Positions 11,411 through 24,145 of a DNA stretch of 64,000 nucleotides are shown here, one piece after another. Position 1 is the stretch's first letter, and each line of letters begins with the position of its first letter. The stretch covers positions 136,958,001 to 137,022,000 of the forward strand of contig OX597816.1 of NCBI GenBank assembly GCA_951406725.2, given 5' to 3'. The translations under genes were made by a program, and so were the position numbers. The DNA is from Octopus vulgaris (Eukaryota). Under the pieces are notes generated by a model. The model saw only the letters and a list, made by a program, of their open reading frames with translations, was not told where the DNA came from and did not search any database.

Positions 11411-12453
11411 CATGGCGGCCAGAAGTCAGCACACACACACACACACACACACGCACACACACATGACAGGCTTCTTTCAGTTTCCATCCACAAAATTCAC
11501 TCATAAGGTTTTGGTTAGCCCAAGGTTATAGTAGAAGACACCTGCCCAAGGTGCAATGCAGTGGGACTGAGTGACTGAAGTAAGCTTCCTACCACATAGC
11601 CATGTCTGAGCCTATTCAATATATCCTACTTTTCTGATATGATAGAATGTAATTTGTGGAGGATTCAGTTGCTATTTCTAACAGGTTGAATGCCTATAAA
11701 GACACTCATATGCCTAACAGCTGTTATCACTTGCTGTTACTGCTGATTGTTGTTGTTAAGCAACAAGACGGGTAAGGGTGATTAGGTGATGGTCTACAGC
11801 TTAGGGGCGGGAGACCCCAGACCTTGGAAAAAAAAAAAAACTTTGGTCATCTTGTTGCAGTCGAGGGCTCTTTGTTAACGCCTGACACCACTGGGAGGTG
11901 ACCCTCGAAGTCACTGGAAATGGAGATCTCCAGGTCCAAATTCTTGAACGGCTGCTGCTGCAGACAAAGATGATGACAACATTACTGTTGCATTTACTTC
12001 TTATTTAACCCTATGTCAGTCCTAACAGACCTGGTTTATGATCAAAGGCCATTCCAACCATGACTTCAAACAATATTATCCACTGTGTCCTGTAATAAAA
12101 GGGCAATGTGTAATTTGCAGAGAAGTTTGCCTGTGACTTCTAGCAAGTCAAGCGACCATGTATAGGCTCCTTCTATTTCTAATGTTATTATTACCTGCTG
12201 TTGTTATTTCTGCTATTTCTGTTACAGTTGCTGCTGCTGCTGCTGTATCTGTTATTACTGCATCTCTCTAACTGTTACAGCAGCAGCTCTTACTGCCATT
12301 ACCGTCATTACTGCAGTTGCTGCTACTACTGCTCTTACTATCACCGTTATCGCAGTTGTTTATTCCATTGCAGCATAAGGGATAGCTGAAAGTCAGTCAT
12401 CCACAGAGTATTTGTGTCTGTATTTCTCTCAATGTCATCATTCACTGACTCAC

Positions 12454-12505
12454 CGGAGAGCTGAGATATTTCTGGAAGACTAATTCTGACTCATCAACAC
12501 ACCAT
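12454..12505 (-). other. Candidate 52-nt exon of an unidentified minus-strand transcript
   Basis: Non-repetitive context; acceptor ttattgtgccAG, strong donor CCG|GTGAGT; only one open frame (WCVDESELVFQKYLSSP); no recognised homologue. Confidence 0.35.
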
Positions 12506-12897
12506 CTGGCACAATAATACATAACATACAATAAATGGCAGCAGCTGTGCTGACTAACTCAAGTGTTCTTTTCTCTTTCTTCATTTTAATACTTTTTACT
12601 ATTTCCCCCCTCAGCTAAATACTTTGTCTGACAGAGAGACAGATAAATAGTTAGAAAGGGCAGTGTGTGTGTGTGTGTGTGTGTGTTTTATCTTCTATCT
12701 TTCGCTTGTTTCAGTTATTAGACTGTGACTATGCCGGGGTATCACCTGGAAGAATTTTATAGTCAAATTAATCAACCCCCGGTACTTATACTTCGGGGTT
12801 TTTTTAAAAAAATTATTCTATCGGTCCCTTTTTACTGAACCATTAAGTTACAGGGACATAAACACACCAGTACCAATTGTCAAGTGGTGGTGGGGAA

Positions 12898-12933
<36 letters not shown>

Positions 12934-13089
12934 AAAATATATACAATATGGCTTCTTTCAGTTTCCATCTCCCAAATCCACTCCCAAAGCTTTGGTCGGC
13001 CCAAAACACTTGCTATATATGTAAGTGTGTGTGTGTGTGTGTGCATGTATATATGTATGTATATATATACATATATACATTTATACATA

Positions 13090-13345
13090 TATCATCATCA
13101 TCATCGTTTAACGTCCGCTTTCCGCGCTAGCACGGGTTGGACGGTTTGACCGGGTCTGGGAAGCCAGGGGCCGCACCAGGCTCCAGTCTGAATCTGGCAG
13201 AGTTTCTACGGCTGGATGCCCTTCCTAACGCCAACCACTCCGTGAGTGGATTGGGTGCTTTTTACGTGCCACCTGCACAGGGGCCGGAGGGTCCGGCATC
13301 GTCACGATCGGTTCGAGCATTTTAACGTGTCAGCGGCACGGGGGC
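13090..13345 (-). mobile_element. RTE LINE 3' UTR fragment
   Basis: (CAT)n tail + CGTTTAACGTCCG...; same family as the 3' end of 35971-39115; further fragments near 33860, 35250, 39930, 52790. Confidence 0.8.
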
Positions 13346-13769
13346 AACGAGGTCCGGGGTACTTTGGGGATCCAGGGTACTTTGGGGATCTGGGGTACTT
13401 AGAATGAGTAGGGGGTATGTGGAATTGCTGCAGAAAGCAGCCCGGGTCTTTGTAGTCACAGCATTTATCGTCACTGAGTAAGGAAGGGTTGGTGTAGGTT
13501 CCTAAGAAATAAAGACATTCGTTATCGTCACTGAGTAACGTTATTAGGTAGAGGAAAGAATACAGATATTCTAGAGTTGAGTTGGGGAGGGGGGGTCCAG
13601 TTGAGGTGGGTAATATAGGGGAGCAACCAGTGGGGAAGGTTGGGGTAAGGAGGAACGATGGCAGGAAGGGTTGGTGTAGGTTCCTAAGAAATAAAAACGT
13701 AGGATATTACGAGGCGGGAGGGTGCTAAAGGGGGATAGTCGGAATGAAGCAGTGTCCGGAGGAAATATA

Positions 13770-13803
<34 letters not shown>

Positions 13804-13850
13804 CATATATATATACATATATATTTATATACATATATATATATACATAC

Positions 13851-13881
<31 letters not shown>

Positions 13882-13929
13882 CATATACATATATACATGT
13901 ATATATATATATATATATGTATATATATG

Positions 13930-13990
<61 letters not shown>

Positions 13991-14244
13991 TCCATTCTAG
14001 CAAAAACCATCCGACGAATGGCAATGGGAAACTTGGAGTAACAGGTTTTGTTGAATTTTCTGCTGCTTTAAATAAAGTATATATATATGTATATGTATAC
14101 ATATATATATATATTGTACCTCCAACCGTGCTGTCTTCTGGTGTGATTTTTGCTACCAAGGTATCGGTTAAACTTTTGATTAATCTGCAACAAGATTATT
14201 CATCTTTCTATTTCACAAAATATATATATATATATATATATAAA

Positions 14245-14431
14245 TCTAATGCTGATAGCTTAGTTTTTCCTTGGGGCTGGCCAGATCGGAGCAATCAAAT
14301 CAAGATTAATCAGCTGAAATTGCTAGGATGATCCTGTTCTTGACTGAAGATTGAAGGCTTTGAATGTCCCGTCCGTGTTTTTTGTATCGTCTTCTAAATG
14401 TTTTACGTTCTTGTCCCAGTTTGTATTTTTC

Positions 14432-14432
<1 letters not shown>
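14245..14432 (+). mobile_element. Dispersed short repeat with CTGA(A/G)GA motif (four copies)
   Basis: Homologous copies at 17110-17303, 19923-20205 and 39128-39337 (all minus), adjacent to (TA)n tracts. Confidence 0.7.
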
Positions 14433-14498
<66 letters not shown>

Positions 14499-14501
<3 letters not shown>

Positions 14502-15897
14502 TCATCATCATCATCATCGTTTAACGTCCGTTTTCCATGCTAGCATGGGTTGGACGGTTCAACTGGGGTCTGTGAAGCCGGAAGGCTTCATCAGGCCCAG
14601 TCAGATCTGGCAGTGTTTCTACGGCTGGATGCCCTTCCTAACGCCAACCACTCCGTGAGTGTAGTGGGTGCTTTTTACGTGCCACCCGCACAGGTGCCAG
14701 ACAGAGCTGGCAAACGGCCACGAACGGATGGTGCTTTTATGTGCCACCGACACGGGGGCCGGGCGAGGCTGGCAACGGACACAAACGGATGGTGCTTTTT
14801 ACGTGTCACCAGCACAAGGCCAGTCGGGGCGGGGCTGGCAACGGTCACGAATGGATGGTTCTCTTACATGCCACCGGCACTGGTAACTCATCTGCAATTT
14901 CTATTGATCGATTTTGATTCTGATCCTCACTTGCCTCAACAGGTCTTCACAAGTAGAGTTTTGTGTCCCAAGAAGGGAAGGTATGCATACGTAGGCTGGC
15001 TCCATCCCATGTAGAAGGCCACGGGTTATGGTCTTACTTGTCCTGCCGGGTCTTCTTGTGCACAGCACACTTCCAGAGGTCTCGGTCTCTAGTCATTTCC
15101 TCAGTGAGACCTAAAGTTCGAAGGTCGTGCTTCACCACCTCGTCCCAGGTTTTCCTGGGTCTGCCTGTTCCACAGCTTCCCCTCAACCGCTAGGTTGTGG
15201 CATTTTTTCACACAACTATCTTCATCCATTCTCGCCACATGACCATACCAGCGCAAATGTCTCTCTTGCACACCACAACTGATGCTTCTTAGGTCCAACT
15301 TTTCTCTCAAGGTACTTACACTCTGCCGAGTATGAGTACTGACATTACACATCCATCGGAGCATACTGGCTTCATTTCTTGCGAGCTTACGCATATCCTC
15401 AGCAGTCATGGCCCATGTTTCACCGCCATGTAGCATGGCTGTTCGTACACACGTATCATACAGTCTGCCTTTTACTCTGTGCGAGAGGCCTTTTGTCACC
15501 AGCAGAGGTAAGAGCTCTCTGAACTTTGCCCAAGTTATTTTTACTCTAGCAGTTACACTTTCAGCACACCAGCCCCCGCTGCTGACTTGGTTGCCTAGGT
15601 AACGGAAGCTATCAACTATTTCTAGTTTTTCTCCCTGGAAAGTGACGGAAGTTGGTCTCAGAGCATTTTCAGTGTTTATTGTTCCTGAACATCTGACACA
15701 TACAAAAACCATCTTCCTAGTTAGCCTTCCTTTGACATTGCTGCACCTCTTATGTGTCCATAGCTTACACTTGGTGCATCTTATAGAGTTTCTACCTACA
15801 CCTTTTCTACAGATCGAGCAGGGCCATCTACCTGAAGGCGTTTGTGATTTGTCTACCTTCCTACTGATTACGATTTTGGTTTTAGCTAGATTGACTC
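14499..15897 (-). mobile_element. 5'-truncated RTE LINE
   Basis: ORF 15101-15712 DSFRYLG...AKFRELLPLL...HLRWYGHVARM; 3' UTR with tandem units and (GAT)n tail. Confidence 0.9.
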
Positions 15898-15914
15898 TAT
15901 GATGATGATGATGA

Positions 15915-16040
<126 letters not shown>

Positions 16041-16053
16041 CCCCTTTACTGAA

Positions 16054-16098
<45 letters not shown>

Positions 16099-16228
16099 TG
16101 ACTCTACACTGACATAGTACTTCCTTAATGCTGCACCTATGCACCATATACCTTGGTATATATACCCCCTACAGATAGCAGGGCCATCTCCAATATATGA
16201 TAGCTACTATGATATAATTTTTTATAAT

Positions 16229-16372
<144 letters not shown>

Positions 16373-16389
16373 GATCCCCTTTTACTGAA

Positions 16390-16442
<53 letters not shown>

Positions 16443-17055
16443 CACTTTTACTCTTTTACTTGTTTCAGTCATTTGACTGCAGCCATGCTGGAGCACCACC
16501 TTTAGTCGAGCAAATCGACCTCAGGTCTTAATCTTTGTAAGCCTAATACTTATTCTGTTAGCCTCTTTTGCCAAACTGCTAAGTTATGGGGTCCTAAACA
16601 CACCAGCATTGGTTGTCAAGTGATGTTGGGTAGGGGGTACAAACAGACACACAACCAAACACACACACACAGATAGTATCTTAAAAGCCACCCTATCAGG
16701 CAGCTATTAAGCTAGCTCCTGTGGAGTGCTTTTCATTGGGCCTTGAGCCCAATAATGACACTTCATGCATTTTAGCACATATTAAATTTTACTAAACTTG
16801 ACCAATATTTTTCAAGCAATGAACAATTTTCATCAAAACAGTGATATAATATGTCAACTTGGAACTTATTGCAAAGCTTCATGATAGACAACATTTTTTG
16901 TCTTCCCATTCGGGGGTCAGTGCAATCTTTTTTTGTCTAATCCCTTTCTTTCTCTCTCTCTCTTTCTGTTGATTGTTTTCCACCTTCACCATCACCAGTA
17001 CAATGACCATCACCACCACAACTGCCATACACAGAATTTTGATGCCACCATCATA

Positions 17056-17105
<50 letters not shown>

Positions 17106-17429
17106 CATGTAGAAAAATACAAACTGGGACAAGAACGTAAAACATTTAGAAGACGATACAAAAAACATGGACAGGACATTCGAAGCCTTCAATCTTCAGT
17201 CAAGAACCGGATCATCCTAGCAATTTCGGCTGATTAATCTTGAGATCTCTCCGATCCGGCCAGCTCCAAGGAAAAACTAAACTACGAGCATTAGATTTCT
17301 TGGATATATGTACGACGGGCTTCTTTCAGTTTCTATCTACCAAATCCACTCACAAGCCTTTGATCGGCCCGAGGCTAGAGTAGAAGACACTTGCATAAGG
17401 TGTCACACAGTGGGACTGTGGTTGGTAAG

Positions 17430-17565
17430 CATACACTGTCTATGCAAGGTTTAACAATTATTTCCAGGACCTCAATGTAGGTGACAGAGTTAACTCTAAG
17501 GCCTTGTGGAAAAAAGTAAGGCATCACATGTCCTTCATTGCTGATAGCCCCTAAAACCATGACAG
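17430..17565 (-). mobile_element. Tc1/mariner transposase fragment, inverted relative to 17951-18730
   Basis: VMVLGAISNEGHVMPYFFPQGLRVNSVTYIEVLE, similar to 18590-18720. Confidence 0.75.
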
Positions 17566-17876
17566 TCGACTTTGTCGCCTTCTCCTTCACCACCATTACC
17601 ACTGTCTTTCACATCCCTTGCTTGACTGCCTTAGCTACCACCACAACCACCATCATCACCATTGCCCCCACCCCTGTTACAACTACAGCTCATACTATTA
17701 CTATCACCCCATTACCATCTCAACTGTTAATCTACCTCAGTCCTTACTGTCTCTATGCCCACTATTACTCTCACCCCAACAAGAGGAGTAGAAGAAGTGT
17801 CATTGAATTGTGAGAGAAGGGGGTCAAAGTGTAATACAGGGACACACAGAAATTCGTTTTGGTATTTATTATTATA

Positions 17877-17916
<40 letters not shown>

Positions 17917-17918
17917 AC

Positions 17919-17950
<32 letters not shown>

Positions 17951-18730
17951 CAGGGTGCATAAAGTATTTGGAGACATACCTTTTGGGGTCATTGCTGCTT
18001 TTTTTGCTAACTCTGTAAAATCTTTGTTTCAGAAAATAGTAATGGCAGACCCTCAGCTTACTCAAGAAATGAAAAGGCATGCTGTTATTGTGGTTATAAA
18101 GGCTGAACATAGCAATTTAGAAATATATCGATTTTTAAATGTTGCCAGATCTTTCATCTACAAAGTTTGTAGAGACTAAAGATGGAAACATATCACCAGT
18201 ATCAAAATATAAAAAGTATTCTAAATGCTCTGAAATCATCAGAACACTTGAATTTATCCAGCAAGTTCAACAGACCATTGATTACAATCCCAGAAAATCC
18301 ATAAGGTTAGTTGCAAAAGATCTACATGTGTCAGAAAGAACAGTCAGAAATGTTGTTCATGAAGACATCAGATATAAGCCTTATATGATGAGGTAAGGTC
18401 AATTTGTCAGAAAAAGCAAAAGAAAATCACTACATTAGATCTAAAAGGCTCTTAAACAAACTGAAAAATCCAGCAGTAGATTTGATTTGGTTTTTCTCAA
18501 ATGAGAAAAACTTTGACCAAGATCAAAAAGTTAACAGAAGAAATGACAGATGGTTCTAAGTGTTATGCATACAAAATTTCCTGCAACTCTCATGGTTTTA
18601 GGGGCTGTCAGCAATGAAGGATATGTGATGCCTCCTTACTTCTTTCTACAAGGCCTTAGAGTTAACTCTGTAGCCTACATTGTGGTCCTGGAAATAATTG
18701 CTAAGCCTTGGATAGACAGTGTATACAATG
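17951..18730 (+). mobile_element. Tc1/mariner superfamily (maT/DD37D-like) 5' remnant
   Basis: TA-CAGGGTG terminus; frameshifted KRHAVIVVIKAEHSNLEI, NPRKSIRLVAKDLHVSERTVRNVVHEDI, TKFPATLMVLGAVSNEG. Confidence 0.8.
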
Positions 18731-19177
18731 GAAGTATATATATAACAAACTCTCATGCAAACAACATGGACTAAAAACTCCTTAAGACACGATGAAATTG
18801 CAATATTTTCGCCAATTTCCCAATCATGATTAGTAAAACACAAAACTAGCTAACTATATAAATATCTATCATATAAAATCATATATAAATTGCAAGGTCT
18901 CTCCTTCTCATGTTATATTTTTCTACTACAACTCACCATGTGGGGAAAAATCTCTTCAATGAAAGATTTCCCCTGACCTACTTCCAGTTAATGCATGAAG
19001 TGGAAACTTGTACAGGTTTAATCATACATATCTCTATATGTCACATTGTAAATTGAAACTTTCCACTAGTATTCTTTTGTCTAAGGTGTTAAAATGGAGG
19101 CAGTTGAATGCAGATCAGTGATCAGTTTCTTATACTTGAAAGATTGTACACCAAAAGAGACTTTTGATGAGATGAAA

Positions 19178-19221
<44 letters not shown>

Positions 19222-19601
19222 CTCTCTCTTTGGGAGAGGCACAAGCACCTACACGCACATATGCACACACGGCAGTTACTTCCACCTACCGAATTCAATC
19301 ACAAAGCTCCGGTCAGCTCGGGGCTATAGTGAAAGACACTTACCCAAAGTGCCACGCAGTGGGACTGAACCCGAAACCATGTAGCTAGAAAGCAAGCTCT
19401 ATATATATATTTGAGTAGTTGAATGAATTATCTTATTAAGGATAATTCGAAAGATAACCGATACCTGGGTAGCAAATTCACATCAGAAAGAACACGGTTG
19501 AAGCTACGTCCCTAGGGCATAGCCTTCAAAACATATGTCGAGAATAAAGGATATTTGTTAACTAGTCGTTCAACTCCATTCTTTCATATACTTATAATTT
19601 T

Positions 19602-19645
<44 letters not shown>

Positions 19646-19743
19646 CATATCAAAGGGAAATGGAAAGTAATTAAAATTTACTGAAAAAACTATACATTAG
19701 TCATATGATATAGTGTATATTTAAACACATGAGGAATCCACTC

Positions 19744-19916
19744 ATAGGAATTCAACACGCTAGAAAGAACAGCTAGGTTCTATAACCACAAAAATTAGGG
19801 ATAAAATTAGACAGGAATGAAATGAAAAACAAAAACATTTCGTTCCTGTCTAATTTTATCCCTAATTTTTGTGGTTATAGAACCTAGCTGTTCTTTCTAG
19901 CGTGTTGAATTCCTAT
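19744..19916. repeat. Near-perfect hairpin
   Basis: 81 bp arms with one T:G difference, 11 nt A-rich loop. Confidence 0.95.
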
Positions 19917-20215
19917 ATATATAAATACAAAATGAGACAAGAACGCAAAACATCCGGACAACTAGATGATAAAAAAAGGGACAACAAAACATCCAGATAA
20001 ACGATACAAAAAACACGGACAGGTCATTTGAAGCCTTTAATCTTCAGTCAAGAACTGGATCATCCTCGCAATTTCGGCTGATTAATCTTGAGATTGCTCC
20101 AATCTGGCCAGCCCCAAGGAAAAACTAAGCTAAGAGCATTAGATTCCTTGGAAAAAAGCATCTAATGTATACGAAACAAGGACGGAAAAACGGACGATGT
20201 TACACGACTCTTAGT

Positions 20216-20296
<81 letters not shown>

Positions 20297-20613
20297 ACAT
20301 ATATATATATATATGTATATATGGATGCATATAGGCATGTTGATGCAAACAAGAAAAAGTAGAACTCAAAATATGCATATACGTATATTTTTATTAATAT
20401 TTAGTAGAAGTAACAGAGTGACTCAAGGTCTGAGTGCTTTGTGCATTTGCACTTATCAAACTAATCACAGGTCGAAGGCCTGTGAGTTTATACAGCTAAA
20501 CTATAGTCTATGAGCTTCATACTCTGTACTTGACTAATGGTTTGTTCTGAAGCATGTGTATATTGAATTCGATACCAGGTTATTAGTCTTGCAATGCCTA
20601 AGCAAAATATATA

Positions 20614-20682
<69 letters not shown>

Positions 20683-20942
20683 TTGTGTGCGTGCATGGAC
20701 ACTCACACACACACACTCACACATACACACACATGGTGGGCTTCTACACTGTTTCTGTATACTAAATTCATTCACATGGGCCAGCCTATTGGGCTATTGT
20801 TGAAGGCATTTACCCAAAACCTCATGGTTGTAAACCAAGCTTCTTAACAACACAGCCAAGCTTGCGCAATAAGAAACAAAATACGAAAATAAATAAATAA
20901 AAAATCAACAGAACTTTCTTGACATAGTTAATTAAAAACAAA

Positions 20943-21178
20943 AGGTGGCGAGCTGGCAGAAACGTTAGCACACCGGGCGAAATGCTTAGTGGTATTTCGT
21001 CTGCTGTTATGTTCTGAGTTCAAATTCCACCGCGGTCGACTTTGTTCTTCATCCTTTCGGGGTCGATAAATTAAGTACCAGTTATGCACTGGGGTCGATG
21101 TAATCGACTTAATCTCTTTGTCTGTCCTTGTTTGTCCCCTCTATGTTTAGCCCCTTGTGGGCAATGAAGAAATAAGAA
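20943..21178 (+). mobile_element. tRNA-derived SINE family B (Meta-domain-like)
   Basis: GGCGAGCTGGCAGAA...GAGTTCAAATTCC box A/B-like head; central TTCATCCTTTCGGGGTCGATAAATTAAGTACCAG. Confidence 0.8.
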
Positions 21179-21406
21179 ACAAAATGGCAAAAGAAGGAAA
21201 GATTAAAGGAATTTTTGCAGGAATGAAAGTCGATCAGCTACAACAGTTTCAGAGAATATTATTTAAAGAATCATATTTCAAAAGATACTTTATTATATAG
21301 ATATCTTCATAACTGAATAATGACTCTGCCTTCTGATATATAACACTTGGCGAATACCAATATCTTTCAAGTGTGATTAAGACAGTAATTAATTTATGAT
21401 CATTAA

Positions 21407-22039
21407 CCCTTTAATGTTCAGACTACTCTGTTAAATGTAATACTCTCTTTTACTCTTTTTACTCTTTTACTTGTTTCAGTCATTTGACTGCGGCCATGCT
21501 GGAGCCCCACCTTTAGTCAAGCAAATTGACCCCAGGACTTATTCTTTGTAAGCCTAGTACTTATTCTATCGGTCTCTTTTGCCGAACCACTAAGTTACGG
21601 AGAACATAAACACACCAGCATTAGTTGTCAAGCAATGCTAGGGGGACAAACACAGACACACACACATACGTATATATATACATATATACGACAGGCTTCT
21701 TTCAGTTTCCATCTACCAAATCCACTCACAAAGCTTTGGTCAGCCCGAGGCTATAGTAGAAGACACTTGCCCAAGATGCCACACAGTGGGACTGAACCCG
21801 GAACCATGTGGTTGGTAAGCAAGCTACGTACCACACAGCCACTCCTGTGTAATGTTTATTTTTTATCTAAATTGTTTTGAATTAATCATACATTATCCTA
21901 TAGCTTTGAGGTTTCAGTGATATGATTGCTTATTTTTAGAATTTTAGAGTAGGTTGTGCATGAGAGGTTAGATATGGCCAGTTTGAATGTAAAACATAGA
22001 ATATTCAAGTCGGATTTGACTGGTTTAGATGCTAAAGGG
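21407..22039. mobile_element. piggyBac-type MITE interrupted by a SINE
   Basis: TTAA-CCCTTTA...TAAAGGG-TTAA; related copies 28552-28766 and 30142-30387. Confidence 0.75.
21445..21847 (-). mobile_element. tRNA-derived SINE family A (CORE-like, octopus OR-type), full length
   Basis: Head GGAGTGGCTGTGTGGTA...GGTTCAGTCCC, CTTGGGCAAGTGTCTT core, internal (TA/TG)n, (GTAAAAGA)n tail; TGTAAT flanking duplication; >20 copies or fragments in the window. Confidence 0.85.
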
Positions 22040-22239
22040 TTAATAATTCATTTTCTCACATTTGCAGTCATTCTGTTTGCTGCTTTGAAATTTAGTTACT
22101 GTTGTTGTTGTTGTTGCTGTTTCCCAGCTCAAGGTGGAATGAACAGAGCTATGATCAGAGATGTCTTTTCTTTTATGCAACTGTAGCATGTGAGTTCAAT
22201 GAGATTTGGCTGCTAATTTTAGTAGGGTAAGGAAACATA

Positions 22240-22525
22240 TTGAGCTTCCCTCATTTGATCAGATGAAATAGCCTTTTCTGGTTCTGATGGTTGCAATTGA
22301 TGTACAATTGATGTACAATTGATGTACACATGTAAAGTAAATCTATCCTTGTTTATCACAGGGGTTTTGGTTCCAAAAAAGCACAATGATAAATTAATCA
22401 TCTCCATACACTTTGTAAATAGAATAGTAGATTCATTGACACCAAACTCACAGCCCACAACAGCAGAGCTTCCAATCCCATGTATTTTCTTGATCATCTG
22501 AAGTTTACCCTGAAAAAAATCCACT
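22240..22525 (-). mobile_element. Tigger/pogo transposase N-terminal remnant
   Basis: KLQMIKKIHGIGSSAVVGCEFGVNESTI resembles the Tigger psq-type HTH; interrupted by the solo LTR. Confidence 0.5.
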
Positions 22526-23437
22526 TGTAATGACATCATCTTGGAAATCTCCAGCACGCATGCGCAGAGTTGGAGTCTTCCGGGAGGCCCGCCGGAAGTT
22601 CCCTCATGCGCATGCACAGAAAACTAGCAGCAACAAATTTTCCCTCGTATCATTCTCTTGAATGCTGGCAGCTGAACAAGACAGTCATGTTTTGTCAGAT
22701 CTCTCAAGCTGCTACCTCGTGGTGTATCTCTGCTATGCTTGAACGGACAGGATTTGGCTCACTCCACTTGTCTACTGCGATAAGCTCCTAGGCTGCCGAT
22801 TCACCCAGAAAGAAGAAATGTATATATCTTGTGAATCAAGAAATAAAATATTTATACTGTTGAAGTTAATCGGAAGTCTTGACTCTTTCTTTCGATTAAA
22901 TAAATATCAATGGAAATAGTAGTTGTGATACCTGTGCCGGTGGCACATAAAAAGCACCATCCAAACGTGGCCGTTGCCAGCACCGCCTTGACTGGCTTCT
23001 GTGCCGGTGGCACATAAAAAGCACCATCTGAACGTGGCCGATGCCAGCGCTGCCTTGGCTGGCTTCTGTGCCGGTGGCACATAAAAAGCACCATCCGAAC
23101 GTGGCCGATGCCAGCGCTGCCTTGGCTGGCTTCTGTGCCGGTGGCACGTTAAAAGCACCAACCGATCGTGGCCGATGCTGGACTCCCCTGGCACCTGTGC
23201 AGGTGGCACGTAAAAAGCACCCACTACATTCGCGGAGTGGTTGGCGTTAGGAAGGGCATCCAGCTGTAGAAACTCTGCCAGATCAGACTGGAGCCTGGTG
23301 CAGACCCTGGCTTCCCAGACCCCGGTCGAACCGTCCAACCCGTGCTAGCGCGGAAAACAGACGTTAAACAATGATGATGATGATGTAAAGGATGCGAGCT
23401 GCACCCATCCAGTGCGGGGACCTCTCATCTTGTTACA
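22526..23437 (+). mobile_element. Solo LTR (Gypsy-like) with nested RTE 3' UTR
   Basis: TGTAA...TTACA termini, 4-bp TSD CACT (22522-22525, 23438-23441), AATAAA near 22844. Confidence 0.8.
22905..23385 (+). mobile_element. RTE 3' UTR fragment with 67-bp tandem array
   Basis: Unit starts at 22932, 22999, 23066, 23133; (GAT)n tail. Confidence 0.85.
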
Positions 23438-23799
23438 CACTCATCTATCTCATTTTATTATGATCAGTTGCTTTCATATTTTTTACTGTTTACTGATCCC
23501 ATGCTGATGGGTATGGGTACATAAATCTGAATAACAAACACACAGCTACATGGCACAGTCATGTAACCACAAGTGGTAGTCAGTGCATGATGGGTAGCAG
23601 AGCATTGTGGGTGGTTGCCAGGGTATGTTTTAGTGGTACCAGCAAAATCTTTGGCTGATCACTGATGTCTGCCATCAAAGATCAGTTGAATGTATTTTGT
23701 TATCTCTGATCAGTGATGAGTGAATCAGTGATAAACAAGACTACATGTATTGCTCCGAAAAATGTATCCAAAAACATGTTGTCTTATATGAGGTGAATC

Positions 23800-24145
23800 A
23801 CCGCCACCACCATCATCATCATCATCATCATCGTTATCATCACCATCACCACTACCACCACCGCCGCCGCCGTTCCACCGCCGTTCCACCGCCGCCGCCG
23901 TTGCCACCACCGCCGTTGCCACCACCGCCGTTGCCACCACCGCCGTTGACACCACCGCCACTGTTGCTACCACCGCCGTTGACACTACCGCCACTGTTGC
24001 TACCACCGCCGTTGACACTACCGCCACCGTTGCCACCACTGCTGTTGCCACCGCCATTGCTGTTGTCATTACCTGCTGCTACTGTTGCTGACACCGCCAC
24101 CATTGCCTCGGTTGCTGCCTCAGCCACCACCACCATCATTACCAC
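23800..24145. repeat. GC-rich triplet-derived low-complexity repeat
   Basis: (CAT)n grading into CCACCACCGCCGTTG units. Confidence 0.85.

Noticed and set aside
20943-21030. SINE heads as functional tRNA genes
   Set aside because: Box A/B-like motifs are present but there is no complete cloverleaf; they continue into SINE bodies
22932-23200. Regularly spaced repeats resembling a CRISPR array
   Set aside because: Whole 67-bp units are repeated with no unique spacers; part of the RTE 3' UTR; eukaryotic context and no cas genes
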